64,000 bases of DNA from positions 310,001 through 374,000 of the forward strand of contig NMRA01000119.1 in assembly GCA_002633005.1 (NCBI GenBank), given 5' to 3'. The stretch is from Phoronis australis. Taxonomy: Eukaryota; Animalia; Phoronida. The position numbers and the translations under genes are program-made. Positions 1 through 11,992 of this stretch are shown here, piece after piece. The notes beneath the pieces were generated by a model that saw nothing but the letters and a program-made list of their open reading frames with translations, was not told where the DNA came from and did no database searches. The first letter of the stretch is position 1; each line of letters begins with the position of its first letter.

Positions 1-482
1 ATGAAATTTTAGATTAATTTACTTTTCACGGCATTTTCCTGCAGCAAACATAACGTAATTACATTATGTCGTTTTGTTAAAGTAATTACAAATGTAATTA
101 ATAGATTTTCACACGAATAAATGATAACAGATACACCCTCTATTTAAATGAAAATTGAGTTATACTGAAAATAAGATAAAGAGAAATGTCTGCGTTTGTA
201 CAAGACAGACAAAACATTTATGATTACCTTCAGTTTCAAAAAGAAATACCTTACCAAAATGTCTCCAAAACTTTCAGATTACCTAGATTTTTATTTTTGA
301 CATTTAATTTTGTTTCACATTCTTTCAAAAATCCCTTTCAGACATTGGATTATCATTGTAACGATGATCTCGAAAGAAATTGCTAATTCATTTTGTTTAA
401 ATTTTGGATTTATTTTACAGTGCTCGTGATTTCTACCGTCATCAATAAATGAACCGATAAGCGTCCCTTAGGAGGTTGAATC

Positions 483-574
483 TATGGAACGCCCGAGTCA
501 ACTCTGACGCGCCTCGATGACTCGTAACGTGTCTGAAAAGACCCGTCAGAAGGTGACGCTAGGGGCGTTCCATA
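483..574. repeat. Inverted repeat / small MITE-like hairpin
   Basis: tatggaacgccc...tctgacg pairs with cgtcaga...gggcgttccata. Confidence 0.65.
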
Positions 575-1625
575 TGAATCAGTGCTCGCGTATGTGTATC
601 GTTGGGAGGGCTAGTGGTTTCATTCTACGACCCTCTGTCGATGCGATTCTGAATGTGTGTGCTCAGTAACGCCGACGGCGACGCCGAGGACGACGACAAC
701 GATAACATTAACTCTGTGCGTGATTTCTTAGTAAACGAGATATAACTACTCAAAGAAAATTATTTCATAAACTTGAAAAAACAAGAACTGGTAAGTGGTA
801 ACGTGATACTATCCGCTTTACGGGAAATTAGAAATAATCTGGCCAAACGTTTGTTTTACTTCGACCCCTCTTGCCTCAAACGCTAACACGTACACCCCCC
901 AAACTGTTGTAAGCTAGCATCATCTCAACTAAAATCTAATCACCAAAATTTCTGTTTCGCCTGCGGCATAACTTCACGACCAATGAAGACTCAGAACGGA
1001 ACATTACTGTGAGTTCCCTATAAGACACGATATAGAAGATTACGACTCTAAAGCAAACACGCTCACACAAGACCATATCAAGCAAACACATCAAATAAAC
1101 AATACTTGAGATTCCATCCAAATAAAAAACAAACCATAAATTCAATGCTCCCTTTGTTAGACAACTAAGGAATCAGAAATAAAGCGGAAATCTTCTTTAG
1201 ATGACCCTAACGCTTAACTAAAATAGAAAGGTTCGCAATGCATATACTCATAAGTGAGTCATACTTGCTCAGTTTTAAATAAAAGCTGCCAACGTCAATC
1301 TAAATTCTAAATAGTGTTTCATAACATTGGAAACAAATATGAAAAGGAAATAAACAAACAGTGACGATCAGCCTCGATTAACTTGCAAAACGATAATAAG
1401 TAAAAAAAAAAACATAATACATGATACAAATATTTTACGAACTCTACGTTTGAATATTTCTGTGCTAACTCACGTGATCATGTCAACTTAAGCACTAACA
1501 AGTAAAGCATTTTGGCCGCTGTAATATAGGAAGATCAAGGAATACCCCTACCATTGGCGTGGCTGTTCATCTGGGTCTGTTGGCTGAACATATTTACCTT
1601 GCGGACAACTTTCAAAGATTTGTAC

Positions 1626-1762
1626 CAGTAGCGGATTTAGAGGGGCGGGGAGGTAAGGGGGGGGGGCAAGGGGTCATGCACCCGTNTCCACTTGGCAGGG
1701 AGAATCCTAGCTAATACTCTGCCCTGGCCTCCTCCCAACTCAAAATACTGGATTCGCCCCTG
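1626..1762. mobile_element. MITE with CAGT(A/G)GCGGAT...ATYCGCCCCTG termini
   Basis: Imperfect terminal inverted repeats, a G-run interior and a flanking direct repeat TGTAC. A related copy lies at 11712-11992. Confidence 0.75.
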
Positions 1763-4522
1763 TGTACTATCGAAGATAGATTATCCATTACAGTTTCAGT
1801 TCCAAGTTGCAGAGACAACATCGTGCATCAGTCTTTTCATCAATCTGTTCATGGTACTTTAAATAAGAATAATTTGGCAGCAAATCCTCCTGTAGACAAA
1901 ATTTGTCGAACTCACAACGTTCTCAACTAATCATTTTTATCGACATTCGCTCGAACTCTCTGTATCTTTGACGGTCATTCGCATCGCAAAAATAAAGAAG
2001 ACGGTAGAGAGACATAAGAAAACTATTTTTGTCGTGTCTATTTGGCCGTTTTTTATTGTTGTGTGTTCAACAAGTTTTGTTCTTTCTAAAATCATGAAAC
2101 TGTGAACTATTGCAAACGGGAAAACTAGACTGTTTCGTAATCCAGAACTTGCTTGAAAAAATTAGTCAAAAGTAAACAAGTTAAAATTGTTGTTCGTTGA
2201 ATTAAGACTTCGCATTGTTCGTGATATTTTAATGTCTTTCATTAATTTGATACCGATTGATAAAGTAATGCATTTTTAATGTCTAAATTGTCTAAATTAT
2301 TCCCGAAATAAAAGTGTCATGATAAGAGCTGTATTACGTCACGAGGTATTTTACCATTAGCAGGCAGATGCTATTTAAATAAGCATTATGCGTTAATGTG
2401 CGAATGTAGCTCGACATAAAGCATATTTCTTAAATACATTTTGTCACGTTTTCACTTGAAAACAATGGCTTTTATTTTGCTGCACCTACTTTTATCTCAT
2501 TAGTGTCTACTTTAGTATCTACAGTTCAAACGTTAACAAATTCGAGCGGCTTTAGTACTGTGAAACAGTGCAAGGTTGTCAGTTTCAAATTTTCTGCAAC
2601 GATCAACATTAGTGGTTTGCCACTCGGTGTACCCTCTTAGGCATACATAACATTTTTGCGGTATTTTTATATTCGATACGATACATGAACTGGTATTCGC
2701 ATACACACCGTGTGGCACTAGTACGCGGTACATGTAAATCGTTTGATTGAAATGTCTCCGTGTCGATCTGTAACAAATAGAATCGCCTTCCTTGACAACA
2801 GTTAAGCGTCCCAACCTTCATGAATTTAATCAGCATCTACATTTTGAAATGAAATAACAAAAACTCATTTTATATAATGTAATATCTAATCATCCATGGA
2901 ACCAGCCATTCAAACTTCCACCCACCAGTCCATCTCACCCGCACGATCGCCATCCATCCATTCAACTATCCGTTCATCAGTCTGAACGCGCATTTCAGCT
3001 GCCTGTCTGCCTCTCCTAATCCATTTCCGTTTTATAGCTGTCGGGCACTTACTCGAATGAAATAGAAAAGTACCGTTAATTCCACTGGGACACTGTTATA
3101 TATCAGAGTTTTTAACCAAGGCAAAATGCTGAAATATGCTATACAAATGTTGGGTTCAGATGCCAATATTCTTTGTGAATTTAGTAAAGATACGTGCCTC
3201 AAAATGCACGCTGATTCACGTTGACGCAAATGTAAATTCATGGAAAATTAGCGTAGGAGTCACAAGTATGAAAAGTGACAGCGAAAGTATTTTTGGGTTG
3301 ACAACATCTATTTTTCGCTCTGGTAAAACGAGTGTCAACTACTGTCCGCCTGTTGCAGTGATCGAGCTGTAAGTAATGCGACTGTCACTTATTAGCCTCA
3401 TTTGAACATTTACTATGTTTGTAGTATTGTTGACAGACACTTTAAAATCGGTTAAATGACCAGACTCATAGGAAGTGATGGTGTTCAATACAAAATGGTC
3501 ATGGAAAAATACCACACATTAATTATTTTCCGGTAAATGCATTTTTGAAATCATGATCAATCGTTTCGTCAATTGAAAGTATACTAAAATCCCAAAATAA
3601 AATCCGAGTCATGATTTATCTTTTCTAGTCAGTTGAAATTTACTTTCTGGGAAATTGTTTCGTAAGATAGTCTTGTTTTAATCTGCGCAGATGATAGCGT
3701 GAAAACTTTTAATGAATATTGTTACTTTATCAGAAAAACTCGGGAAGAGAATTTCTTTGGTGTGCATTTATTCATTGCAAATAGAACTAAAGTCTGTGGA
3801 ATTGTCAATTATGAAAATCGTTAGAGCACAAAAGCACAAAAACAGAAAGACAAATTTCTGACAAATGAATCTGCTCACTCAAAGTACAGTGCATCGTTGT
3901 ATGCACCTATAAAAGACTTTGTTGGAGAGTGCTGGAAAACCAACAATGTTGCTAAAAGTTTGATTTTAAAGTGTATCCCGTTAAAGATAGTTTTGTACTC
4001 CCCGAATCTAGGATTACAATCGAAATTAAAACTGAAAAACCGACTCAAAAACTCTGCCGGTTCTCTGCAAAGGCCAATGGGCAACAAAAGAATATTTACT
4101 TTGGAGTCCGCGCACACTACCGCAGGTAGATGCTCGGCTGTCAGATTTTTGTCAGTGAAAATATTTATGAACACATATATAGGTACTTAATTTTATTTTA
4201 GAGAAAAATTTCACGCTCTACATATTTCTATTTAAGACCTTTTGGACGTCAATTTTAGATTGATTTTAAAATGTTATTTGGATCGTCATGTAGATATTTC
4301 GCTGCTGAACTGCCATTTATTCATCGAATCTGCGATTTCAGTGTCAAGTGCAGTAAGTATCTCAATCTCATTCTACAGTCAGTTTAGATAAGATCACGCC
4401 ATTGCAGTTGTTCAAACCTTACCTATGACATTTTCATCTTGTCCAATTAGATAATTACTAAACACATACTGAGATACACTACGCCTGTGAGTCCTAGTCC
4501 ACCGTCTCGGCACTGTTCCTGA

Positions 4523-4607
4523 CCTGATTTTGAGAACAAAGTTTCATCCACTGAATAACGGCCCAGTCGTCCAGTTATTCAGTGATTGCCTGGTTCTCAA
4601 AATCAGG
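4523..4607. mobile_element. Short palindromic element, ATTTTGAGAAC...GTTCTCAAAAT family
   Basis: 15-bp perfect inverted repeat plus an inner cactgaataac/gttattcagtg pair. Relatives at 37044-37131 and 39854-39926. Confidence 0.7.
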
Positions 4608-4920
4608 GCCTTTCAATCTGTGTAGATTTGGTAAAGAGCTGTATAAATATTCAGCTTTTTAACGTTCTGGGTAAAAAGTAAACAAAACAAAATTCTGAAC
4701 AAAGTCAATTCCATTATTGATGTTTTTGATACGTATCGTGAAATACTGATTACTTTCAACTTTCCATGACTGGATATAGCCTTGGTGCAAAGCTGTATAC
4801 TAAATACACAGTATTGGAGCTTCTTACTTTTGAGGGTTTTTGGCGTATTATGTCTCACACTGATTAAAACATCAGTCACTTTGTTATAAGTACCTTTTGC
4901 GCATAGCCATAGAAGGACAT

Positions 4921-5097
4921 AATCAAACTTTCTTCGAGCTGTCTTTTGTTCTGTTCCTCAAATTAGCAACTGGCCATTTTTATATTGCGTGCTCTCCTGT
5001 TTTTACCGCACCCACCAGGAGCATGCGCAGGTATAAAAATGGCCAGTTGCCGATTTGGGCAACTAAACGAAGGACTGTTCAAAGAAAAAGTTTGATT
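4921..5097. mobile_element. Long imperfect palindrome (probable MITE)
   Basis: Arms aatcaaacttt...gcaactggccatttttata and tataaaaatggccagttgc...aaagtttgatt. Confidence 0.75.
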
Positions 5098-5269
5098 GGG
5101 GGAGTATCAGGAGCTTCACCGTCTCCACTGAGGCCAGCTAGAGATGGTGGTCACTGTCTAGACAGTACCATCCTACAGCTACGCACACAACATTTTTAGA
5201 TATGACTAGTCATTGTATTCTGAACCTAAAACTGCTACTGAAATTGAATTCATTTGACTCAATTTCAAT

Positions 5270-5560
5270 GCTTGAAAAATGCCTAAATGTGGCTGACGTC
5301 TGAACATCATGTCACAGAAATGGATGACTAGGTTCATATGAAACTTTCGGATACTATTCTTTACACACTGTTCTCTAAATTTAGGAAATGTTTTTAAATT
5401 GTTTGCTTTTGCACGAGGGGCTATCAAAAATATGACTTTGACATTCTAATGAAACAAACTCAAAATTTACATAGAACAAAACCGAATTGATAATTTAGAA
5501 AACTGTAACAGTGTTTTTGAGATTTCATCTTGTACATTGATCTTGAATGAAATTAGGTCC
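5270..5560 (+). repeat. Dispersed repeat homologous to about 16850-17120
   Basis: Shared cagaaatgg.tga...ggttcata.gaaacttt and catttagaaaact/aatttagaaaact blocks in the same order. Confidence 0.65.
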
Positions 5561-5809
5561 TGTTCGTGATCTGTTATTTTGCTGTAGATGTACTTTTATT
5601 TTTTTAAGGTTTAGGAAAAAACATTGTCACATTGTGAAGTTAATAGCAGATGCATTGCTATATCAAGTCAAACAACAAATTGTACTGGCTTACTGTCAAA
5701 AAATATTTGATTTTACTGAATTGAAGTCTACGTTACCTTAAGGTTGAGAATAATGAGGTAGATGTTTTCATTTTGTTTTCTTTAAGTTTAGGGTTGTGAG
5801 ATCACCACC

Positions 5810-6002
5810 ATGGCCCAATATAAGGGTGCAGCTAAGGAGGCTGGCCGCGCCGCCCAGCTGATCAAGAAACGACAAAAACAGGAAGAGGAACTGGCCAATA
5901 GGAAGCGAAAAATTGAAGAAGAGTTGGCAGTGGGGAGCATCTCTAACAAGTTTGCGACTCACTATGATGCCGTTGAACAGCAGCTGAAGTCAGACACTAT
6001 TG
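5810..6002 (+). CDS. FAM50A: FAM50/XAP5 family nuclear splicing-associated protein, coding exon 1
   Basis: ccaccATGg Kozak context. Encodes [24 protein letters not shown]...[21 protein letters not shown], the FAM50 N-terminus. GT donor at 6003 (phase 1). A polypyrimidine-AG acceptor at 5790-5791 implies an upstream non-coding exon. Confidence 0.95.
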
Positions 6003-6765
6003 GTTTGTGTTTCTCTTGCATCTTGTGTTTTTTTAAGTTATAAGTGACCCACGGTCCTCAAAGATGGTAAAGTTTCTTTTAAGTTTAGATCAGGGTATGA
6101 TGGAATTTTAGTGAAATGTCTTTAAAAATTGATGTGATTATAAAGTTTGATTTGATTGGCTTTTAGTTAATAACTGTCTCCGTAGTTACTTAGTAACATT
6201 TTGAACGTTTGTTGGAAACATTAGAAAAATGAAAAGAAAATTAGTTTTAATTTGCAATTTTTTGTTATATCACTGGATTATGAGAGGAGATCTTTTAAAT
6301 GACATAACATTACATTACACAAGCCATGGGGGGTCGTCATTGAATAGCATCTCTCAGTAAAAAAGATCTGGCTTTGTTCATTTTAAATGCAGCAGATAGT
6401 GTGGTTGTGTTTGCATCTGAGCATAGCAGAAAATTTCTAATTCTCAACCTATAATGAACTATTATTTAATAAGTAACTAAAATTTTGCAAAATGTGATTA
6501 CGAAGGCGAAATCTGGCGAGAACTATTTCACTTCTAAGATACGACATAGCTTGTGCAGGGTGATCAGTTACATAACTGAAAATTCATACTTTTAAATAAT
6601 GTTGACAAAAACGTTAAATAATAGTAATTTACCTGAAAAAATTCAGTTTACAGTGAACTTTCAAATTATTTTACTGACAGTTGTGGTTAAATCACATGTA
6701 CTTGGTAAAAGATTGTGCCCATGGACATGACGTTATTACAAATCGGTCTTTATTCATTGGTTCAG

Positions 6766-6905
6766 GCCTGGTCACCCTGGATCAAATGAAAGCCAAACAG
6801 GAAGTTATGGTGAAGGAGAGGGAGAAACAACTGGCCATAAATGCTGAGGAAAGTCGACTAAAAGCCAAACACGAGGAAGAGAACAGAGAGAAACAGAAGA
6901 AACAG
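6766..6905 (+). CDS. FAM50A: FAM50/XAP5 coding exon 2
   Basis: ttcag|GC acceptor. Encodes GLVTLDQMKAKQEVMVKEREKQLA...KQKKQ. Donor gtcggt; phase 1 to 0. Confidence 0.93.
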
Positions 6906-6953
6906 GTCGGTGTCTGCAAACTGACTTGTGTCACTCTTGATATGTTACGCCTG

Positions 6954-7221
6954 TTTCATGAAAGTAACTCAAGTCTCAAGACAGAAATTTGATCTTACGC
7001 TCCACACAACCATTTCTGAAAAATAATTAATTCTCAGTTGAGCAAAAGGGCTAAGGCTCTGAGAATATTTATACTAAGTGTTAGTTATTGAGATAAATTC
7101 TATAAATTGTTTCTAGACTGTGATGTGCTCATAATTTGCTACTAAAGCTATTTTTAGCAATTGTGAAGCGGAAACGTAAGGCCAAATTTCTGTCTTAAGT
7201 CTTGAGTCACTTTCATGAAAC
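6954..7221. mobile_element. MITE in FAM50 intron 2 with ~38-bp terminal inverted repeats
   Basis: gtttcatgaaagtaactcaagtctcaagacagaaattt is inverted-complementary to aaatttctgtcttaagtcttgagtcactttcatgaaac. Confidence 0.8.
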
Positions 7222-7778
7222 TGACCTCAGGCAACACTGAAATCTAATCTATAAGACACTGTTTGCAATGGGCGACTCGACATTCACTAGGTTGTGGTAT
7301 TGAATAAAGGTCCCTCTTTTGGTATCTGAATAGATTGAAAGCAGACTGCAGTTCACCACTCGAATGAGGTCATTCATGTGATAAGGGACCCTTACTTCAC
7401 ATGTGACACAGTGGTTTTTGAGTTCTTCTATGGTGTCTTTTTCACATGTGTAATGAAACAAATGCTTTAGGGAGGTTGTGAGTGGAGTCTTGTTGATGAG
7501 TTCTGCGTTTGACATCATGGCTAACTGGAATGACAAAAAGCTGTCATAATGCTTTATTTCAATTTTTTTTTTGACATGATCAAACAACAAACAGTTTTAA
7601 CATTGTCATGATTATTTGATGGGAACATCTAGTCCCAAGAGAAAATACAAGACTTTCACACTTGTTTTCTGGGGGGGGGGAGGGGCGGGGGCTGAGAAAG
7701 TTACATTCTGTATACTCATGAAGATGTTATTATTTGTGATTCGTCCTTAAAAGAGATTTTGGCCAATTTACTTTACAG

Positions 7779-7869
7779 AAAATAGCCCTCTCTTTTGATC
7801 CAGATGAAGAGGATGAAGACGACAGCGATGAAGAGGAGAAAATAGAAATTGTTCCCAAGAAACGACTAG
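7779..7869 (+). CDS. FAM50A: FAM50/XAP5 coding exon 3 (acidic stretch)
   Basis: tttacag| acceptor. Encodes KIALSFDPDEEDEDDSDEEEKIEIVPKKRL(G), with the conserved LSF plus acidic motif. Donor gtagat; phase 0 to 1. Confidence 0.92.
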
Positions 7870-8629
7870 GTAGATTTGTTTGTGCAATGTTTTTACAAAG
7901 GATAGGCCATCATAGTTAAACCTCATCGAGTTGGGTCATGTCAAAAGTATAATGATCTCAAACTGCAGTAATAATGCCATGCTGGACCTGGGGCGCTTAA
8001 ACTGGGAAACTTAGTTATCGGTGTAATTGTTAAGAAAATTATGTGTGCTTATGAATTAAAGTTTGGGGTGGGCATTAAATCTGAGGAGTACAGTAGTAGT
8101 GCCTTTAATTTCAGGTAATATTCACAACGTAAATAATAAATACATATTTAGTTTACAAAAGGCCCGAGAATGACTTATGAGAAGTTGAAATGATAATTCA
8201 AGTCGTAGAAACAATCGCTAAATTCGACTTGGTTTATATTGCATACCTTTGAAGGTAGTCTTAAGTCCCAGTCTTGCATAAACACTCTTCTCGAGAAAGC
8301 ACTGGAGGTTAGAATTTTGATGCAAAATTAGTGCTGTTTTATTTTGTGCTGGGGACACTGCACCCCTGCTAAAGGTAACCGATTTAGTTATGTGACTGAG
8401 AATAAAGGCTTCGCAAGTAACACGGAAGCTTTCAACGTATGCTGTTAAAGGCTACCCAGTAGGAAAATGTTCTGTAACTTCTCAGCGTGCTAGCTGTTAG
8501 AGTTAAATAAAGTCAATGTGTTTGGAATGCACGCATGCAGTATCGGAGTTTTATGGTCTTTTATCTGATTTCAGAATAAGAGTTCCGTAAGAGCATTGAG
8601 TCTTACATAACCTCTCTGTACATTTTTAG

Positions 8630-8699
8630 GTAAGAACCCAGACGTAGACACCAGCTTTCTCCCAGACAGGGACAGAGAGGCAGAAGAAGCAAAACTGAG
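8630..8699 (+). CDS. FAM50A: FAM50/XAP5 coding exon 4
   Basis: tttttag| acceptor. Encodes [24 protein letters not shown], a hallmark XAP5 motif. Donor gtacat; phase 1 to 2. Confidence 0.95.
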
Positions 8700-9372
8700 G
8701 TACATACTATTTACGTGATTTTCATTTGTGTTTTTCTTGTTATTGCACCTAATCAGTATTTAAAGGGGCATTTTGTTGCTGTTTAGCTGCCAGTCTTCAG
8801 TTCTTTACCGAAGCACATTGAGGTTTAAAAACTACAATAAACAAGCATTGTCTTGAGTCGCCGATGGTTTCTATTCGCTTGTTGGTAATTGAAATGCAGT
8901 TCTATCATGGTGGACCAATTCTTTGAGAGAAAAAAGGCTTAATTCGCTTTTCAATTTTAGCCAGCTAAGGAGGTTGAAGTCTTTAGTTGCAAACATAAGA
9001 TCAAATACACAAGAAATTTTTTTGTCATCTCGTGAGAAAATTTAATGTACTGCTGGACTTACATGGTAAGTTAACCAAGGGCGTTCTCTTCCTAAAGATT
9101 TTGGATAACCACCGATGAGTCATGTGACTGGTGATGTAATCAGCGGGGTATAGTTGTTAGAGCTCGATCTCAAATTCTTAGAAGCTGGTCACTTTGGCGG
9201 TTATAATCAGGTTTTTCTGCTGTAACATATAATGATATAAATTGTTTATTTCCGTCTACCAACAGTGCCGTTTCGAATAATCGCTTTCCACAATCCTATC
9301 TGTATACAATATCTCACACTGTCCTTAAAAATATCAGTGCTATGTCAAAGTAGTCTGTTTTTGATTTTACAG

Positions 9373-9883
9373 GGAGGAACTTGCGTTGGAGTGGAGACAG
9401 AGGCAAGATAAGTTAAAGAACGAGGAGATTGAAATTACGTACAGCTACTGGGACGGGTCAGGTCACAGACGACAGGTACGAATGCGCAAGGGAAACAGTA
9501 TTCAGCAGTTCTTACAGCGTTGCTTAGACAACCTACGCAAAGACTTTAACGAGCTGAAAACTGTGACAGTCGATCAGTTAATGTACGTGAAAGAGGACTT
9601 GATCATTCCGCAGCATTACACGTTTTATGATTTCATCGTGACGCAGGCGAGAGGCAAAAGCGGGCCTCTGTTTAGTTTTGACGTACATGACGACGTGAGA
9701 GTGATCAATGATGCGACGGTGGAGAAGGACGAATCACATGCCGGGAAAGTGTTGCTGAGGTCATGGTATGAGAGGAATAAGCACATCTTTCCGGCAAGTC
9801 GGTGGGAACCCTTTGACCCGGAAAAGAAGTGGGACAATTACAGTATATCAGACAAAAATGCGGTGAAGATCACGGTGAAGTGA
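9373..9883 (+). CDS. FAM50A: FAM50/XAP5 terminal coding exon (XAP5 C-terminal domain)
   Basis: ttttacag| acceptor. Encodes EELALEW...[13 protein letters not shown]...[11 protein letters not shown]...RGKSGPLF...[34 protein letters not shown] then stop. Total CDS is 1005 nt, 334 aa. Confidence 0.97.
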
Positions 9884-11053
9884 GCATTTTTATAAATTCT
9901 AAGGAAACAACATTATCACATTTTCACCAGGGTACATAAGAAATGCTTTAGAATTGGAACTCAAATTTGCAGTTGATAAGTCATTGCATTGTGCTGTCCT
10001 ACATTGCATGATCTCATTTGGCAAGAAAGCAGACGTCCTATAAAACCTCCACTTACTAGATGGCTACCTATGGAAGTTGACTGGGTGACTGTGCATGCTT
10101 TCTGTAACACCCACTGTGCTCATTTCTCCTGTTGCCGTAGTCAGAATCTCTCTTCAACACTGGCTGAACTGAATACCATGGATACTTGATGTAAAAGTGG
10201 ACAATGGAGAGCTTCTGCAAACCATGAACTTGGTGTATATGAAATATTGTCTTCGGAAGTTTTGATAATCACACAAGCATAGGGTTAAACATTTTGGCTG
10301 GCAAGACTTTGAGGTTCAGGGAACTAGCAGCGTGATGTTCCGCTGACGATTTATGGGCTAACCACTTGTGATACTATCTTACAGTCTCGATGTTTGGGTT
10401 CATTTTTTGTTCACTGTTCATTTGTGGCTTGGCAAATTTAATGTTTTGTAATACAACTGGAGGTGTTTCAAATCTTCACAGTCATGTAGTATTGTTTATT
10501 GGCATCAAGACTATTCAAAGCCTCCCTTGAATGGTAATGCATATAAATTTGATTTCTACACAAGTTTTTGAGCAACTTTCCAACTGCACCAATACCATGA
10601 ATTACCAAATTATTGTAATGAGAGGTTAGGTTTACTGACTTACATTCGTCTACATCATTGCAAGAATCCTAATGTGGTGCTCTACTCAGACCCATATTTA
10701 TTACAACACTACCTCCGGCTTTTCATTCTTTGTTCTGAGTGATTAAATCAAGTTTTCTTTTGTACGGTAAGTATTGCTGGAGCTATCTGGGTGGCCCAAA
10801 CAGTCCTCTAAACAAAAATCCATTCAAAGAAGGCTTTAAAGCAACAAGGGACATTTTTATTTTGCATACCAAATAAGGATAAGCAAATCAAATCTTAATG
10901 GTTTGCTGCGTCTGATGTGAAGAGCCCCATGAGATTGACCTTTTTTACGGATAGCGCAGGACATCATGTGCATAAAGGATCATGGGAAATAGGTCAATGC
11001 ATTTGAGATGACTCAACAGACACGTCCCAACTGAACCACGTTGTCATATTCAT

Positions 11054-11265
11054 GCCGTGTACTGGGTGTAGGAACAACACCATGTACTGAATGTAAGAAC
11101 TACGCCGTGTACTGAATGTAGAAACAACGCCGTGTACTGAATGTAGAAACAACGCCGTGTACTGAATGTAGGAACGCCGTGTACTGAATGTAGGAACAAC
11201 GCCGTGTACTGAATGTAGAAACAACGCCGTGTACTGAATGTAGGAAGGTCATGTACTGAATGTAG
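11054..11265. repeat. 25-bp minisatellite (GCCGTGTACTGAATGTAGRAACAAC)n, about 8 copies
   Basis: Directly visible tandem units, some shortened to 22 bp. It accounts for the three overlapping repetitive minus-strand ORFs. Confidence 0.95.
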
Positions 11266-11711
11266 CAATAACCAACAAAATTGTAAGATGTGATTTGAAC
11301 CATAAGCTAATCGATAGACTGTGATAAATTTAGTTGTAGTTCTCCTTTGCCAGCATTAGAGACGTGGCCTGTTCTGTGGTACCTTCTTACTAATAGGTAT
11401 GTAGGCTACAAGAACCATCCGTGTCAACCCATGGCATTATCATGAATGCTAAGTTACTTCTAATGAGTGAAACAGAACAATTATCACATCAACGACCGAC
11501 TTAGTAACTCTTTAAATCGTGGTACATAATTAGCCTGTAGAGTGCGTGGGATGCTGAACAAGACTGCTGAGGACGCTTAAAGCCTAACTTCAATTGAATT
11601 GTGTTATTATAGATGCATTGGGCCAACCAGGTAGTCCTAGCAAAGCCTTAGAAAATAGGAAAACGCGAGTTTAATCACACAAATGTAGGCCCCTCAAATG
11701 ATAGGTGAAGC

Positions 11712-11992
11712 CAGTGGCGGATTTAGGGGGAGGGGGGGGGGNNNNNAGATCACTTGGGAGTTTGGGGGGCGAATTGGTGAGTAGCATATGCGCGCACCCA
11801 GGGGGTTCGTGGGGCGAATGCACAATGCAGAGGCCTTCAACAAACCCAGTTTTTTTTAGTAATAAGGTCCACAAACCCAAAAATTCGAGACCTCTGCATC
11901 CCTACATTTTAGGCTGGGATTGCGCATGTGGCGAAATTCTGGTTATTCGTGTGCTCTGACCCCCCTAAATCAAAATCCTGGATCCGTCCCTG
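11712..11992. mobile_element. MITE, same terminal family as 1626-1762
   Basis: Starts CAGTGGCGGATTTAGGGG and ends CAAAATCCTGGATCCGTCCCTG. GC-rich interior with an N gap in the poly-G. Confidence 0.78.

Noticed and set aside
9625-9837. Antisense or alternative-frame ORFs overlapping FAM50 and PACS exons (also 5768-5962, 18015-18296, 23685-23918)
   Set aside because: Shadow ORFs of real coding exons.
10994-11303. Three overlapping minus-strand ORFs with repeated peptides; CRISPR-like periodicity
   Set aside because: These are translation artefacts of a 25-bp minisatellite. There are no unique spacers and the context is eukaryotic.
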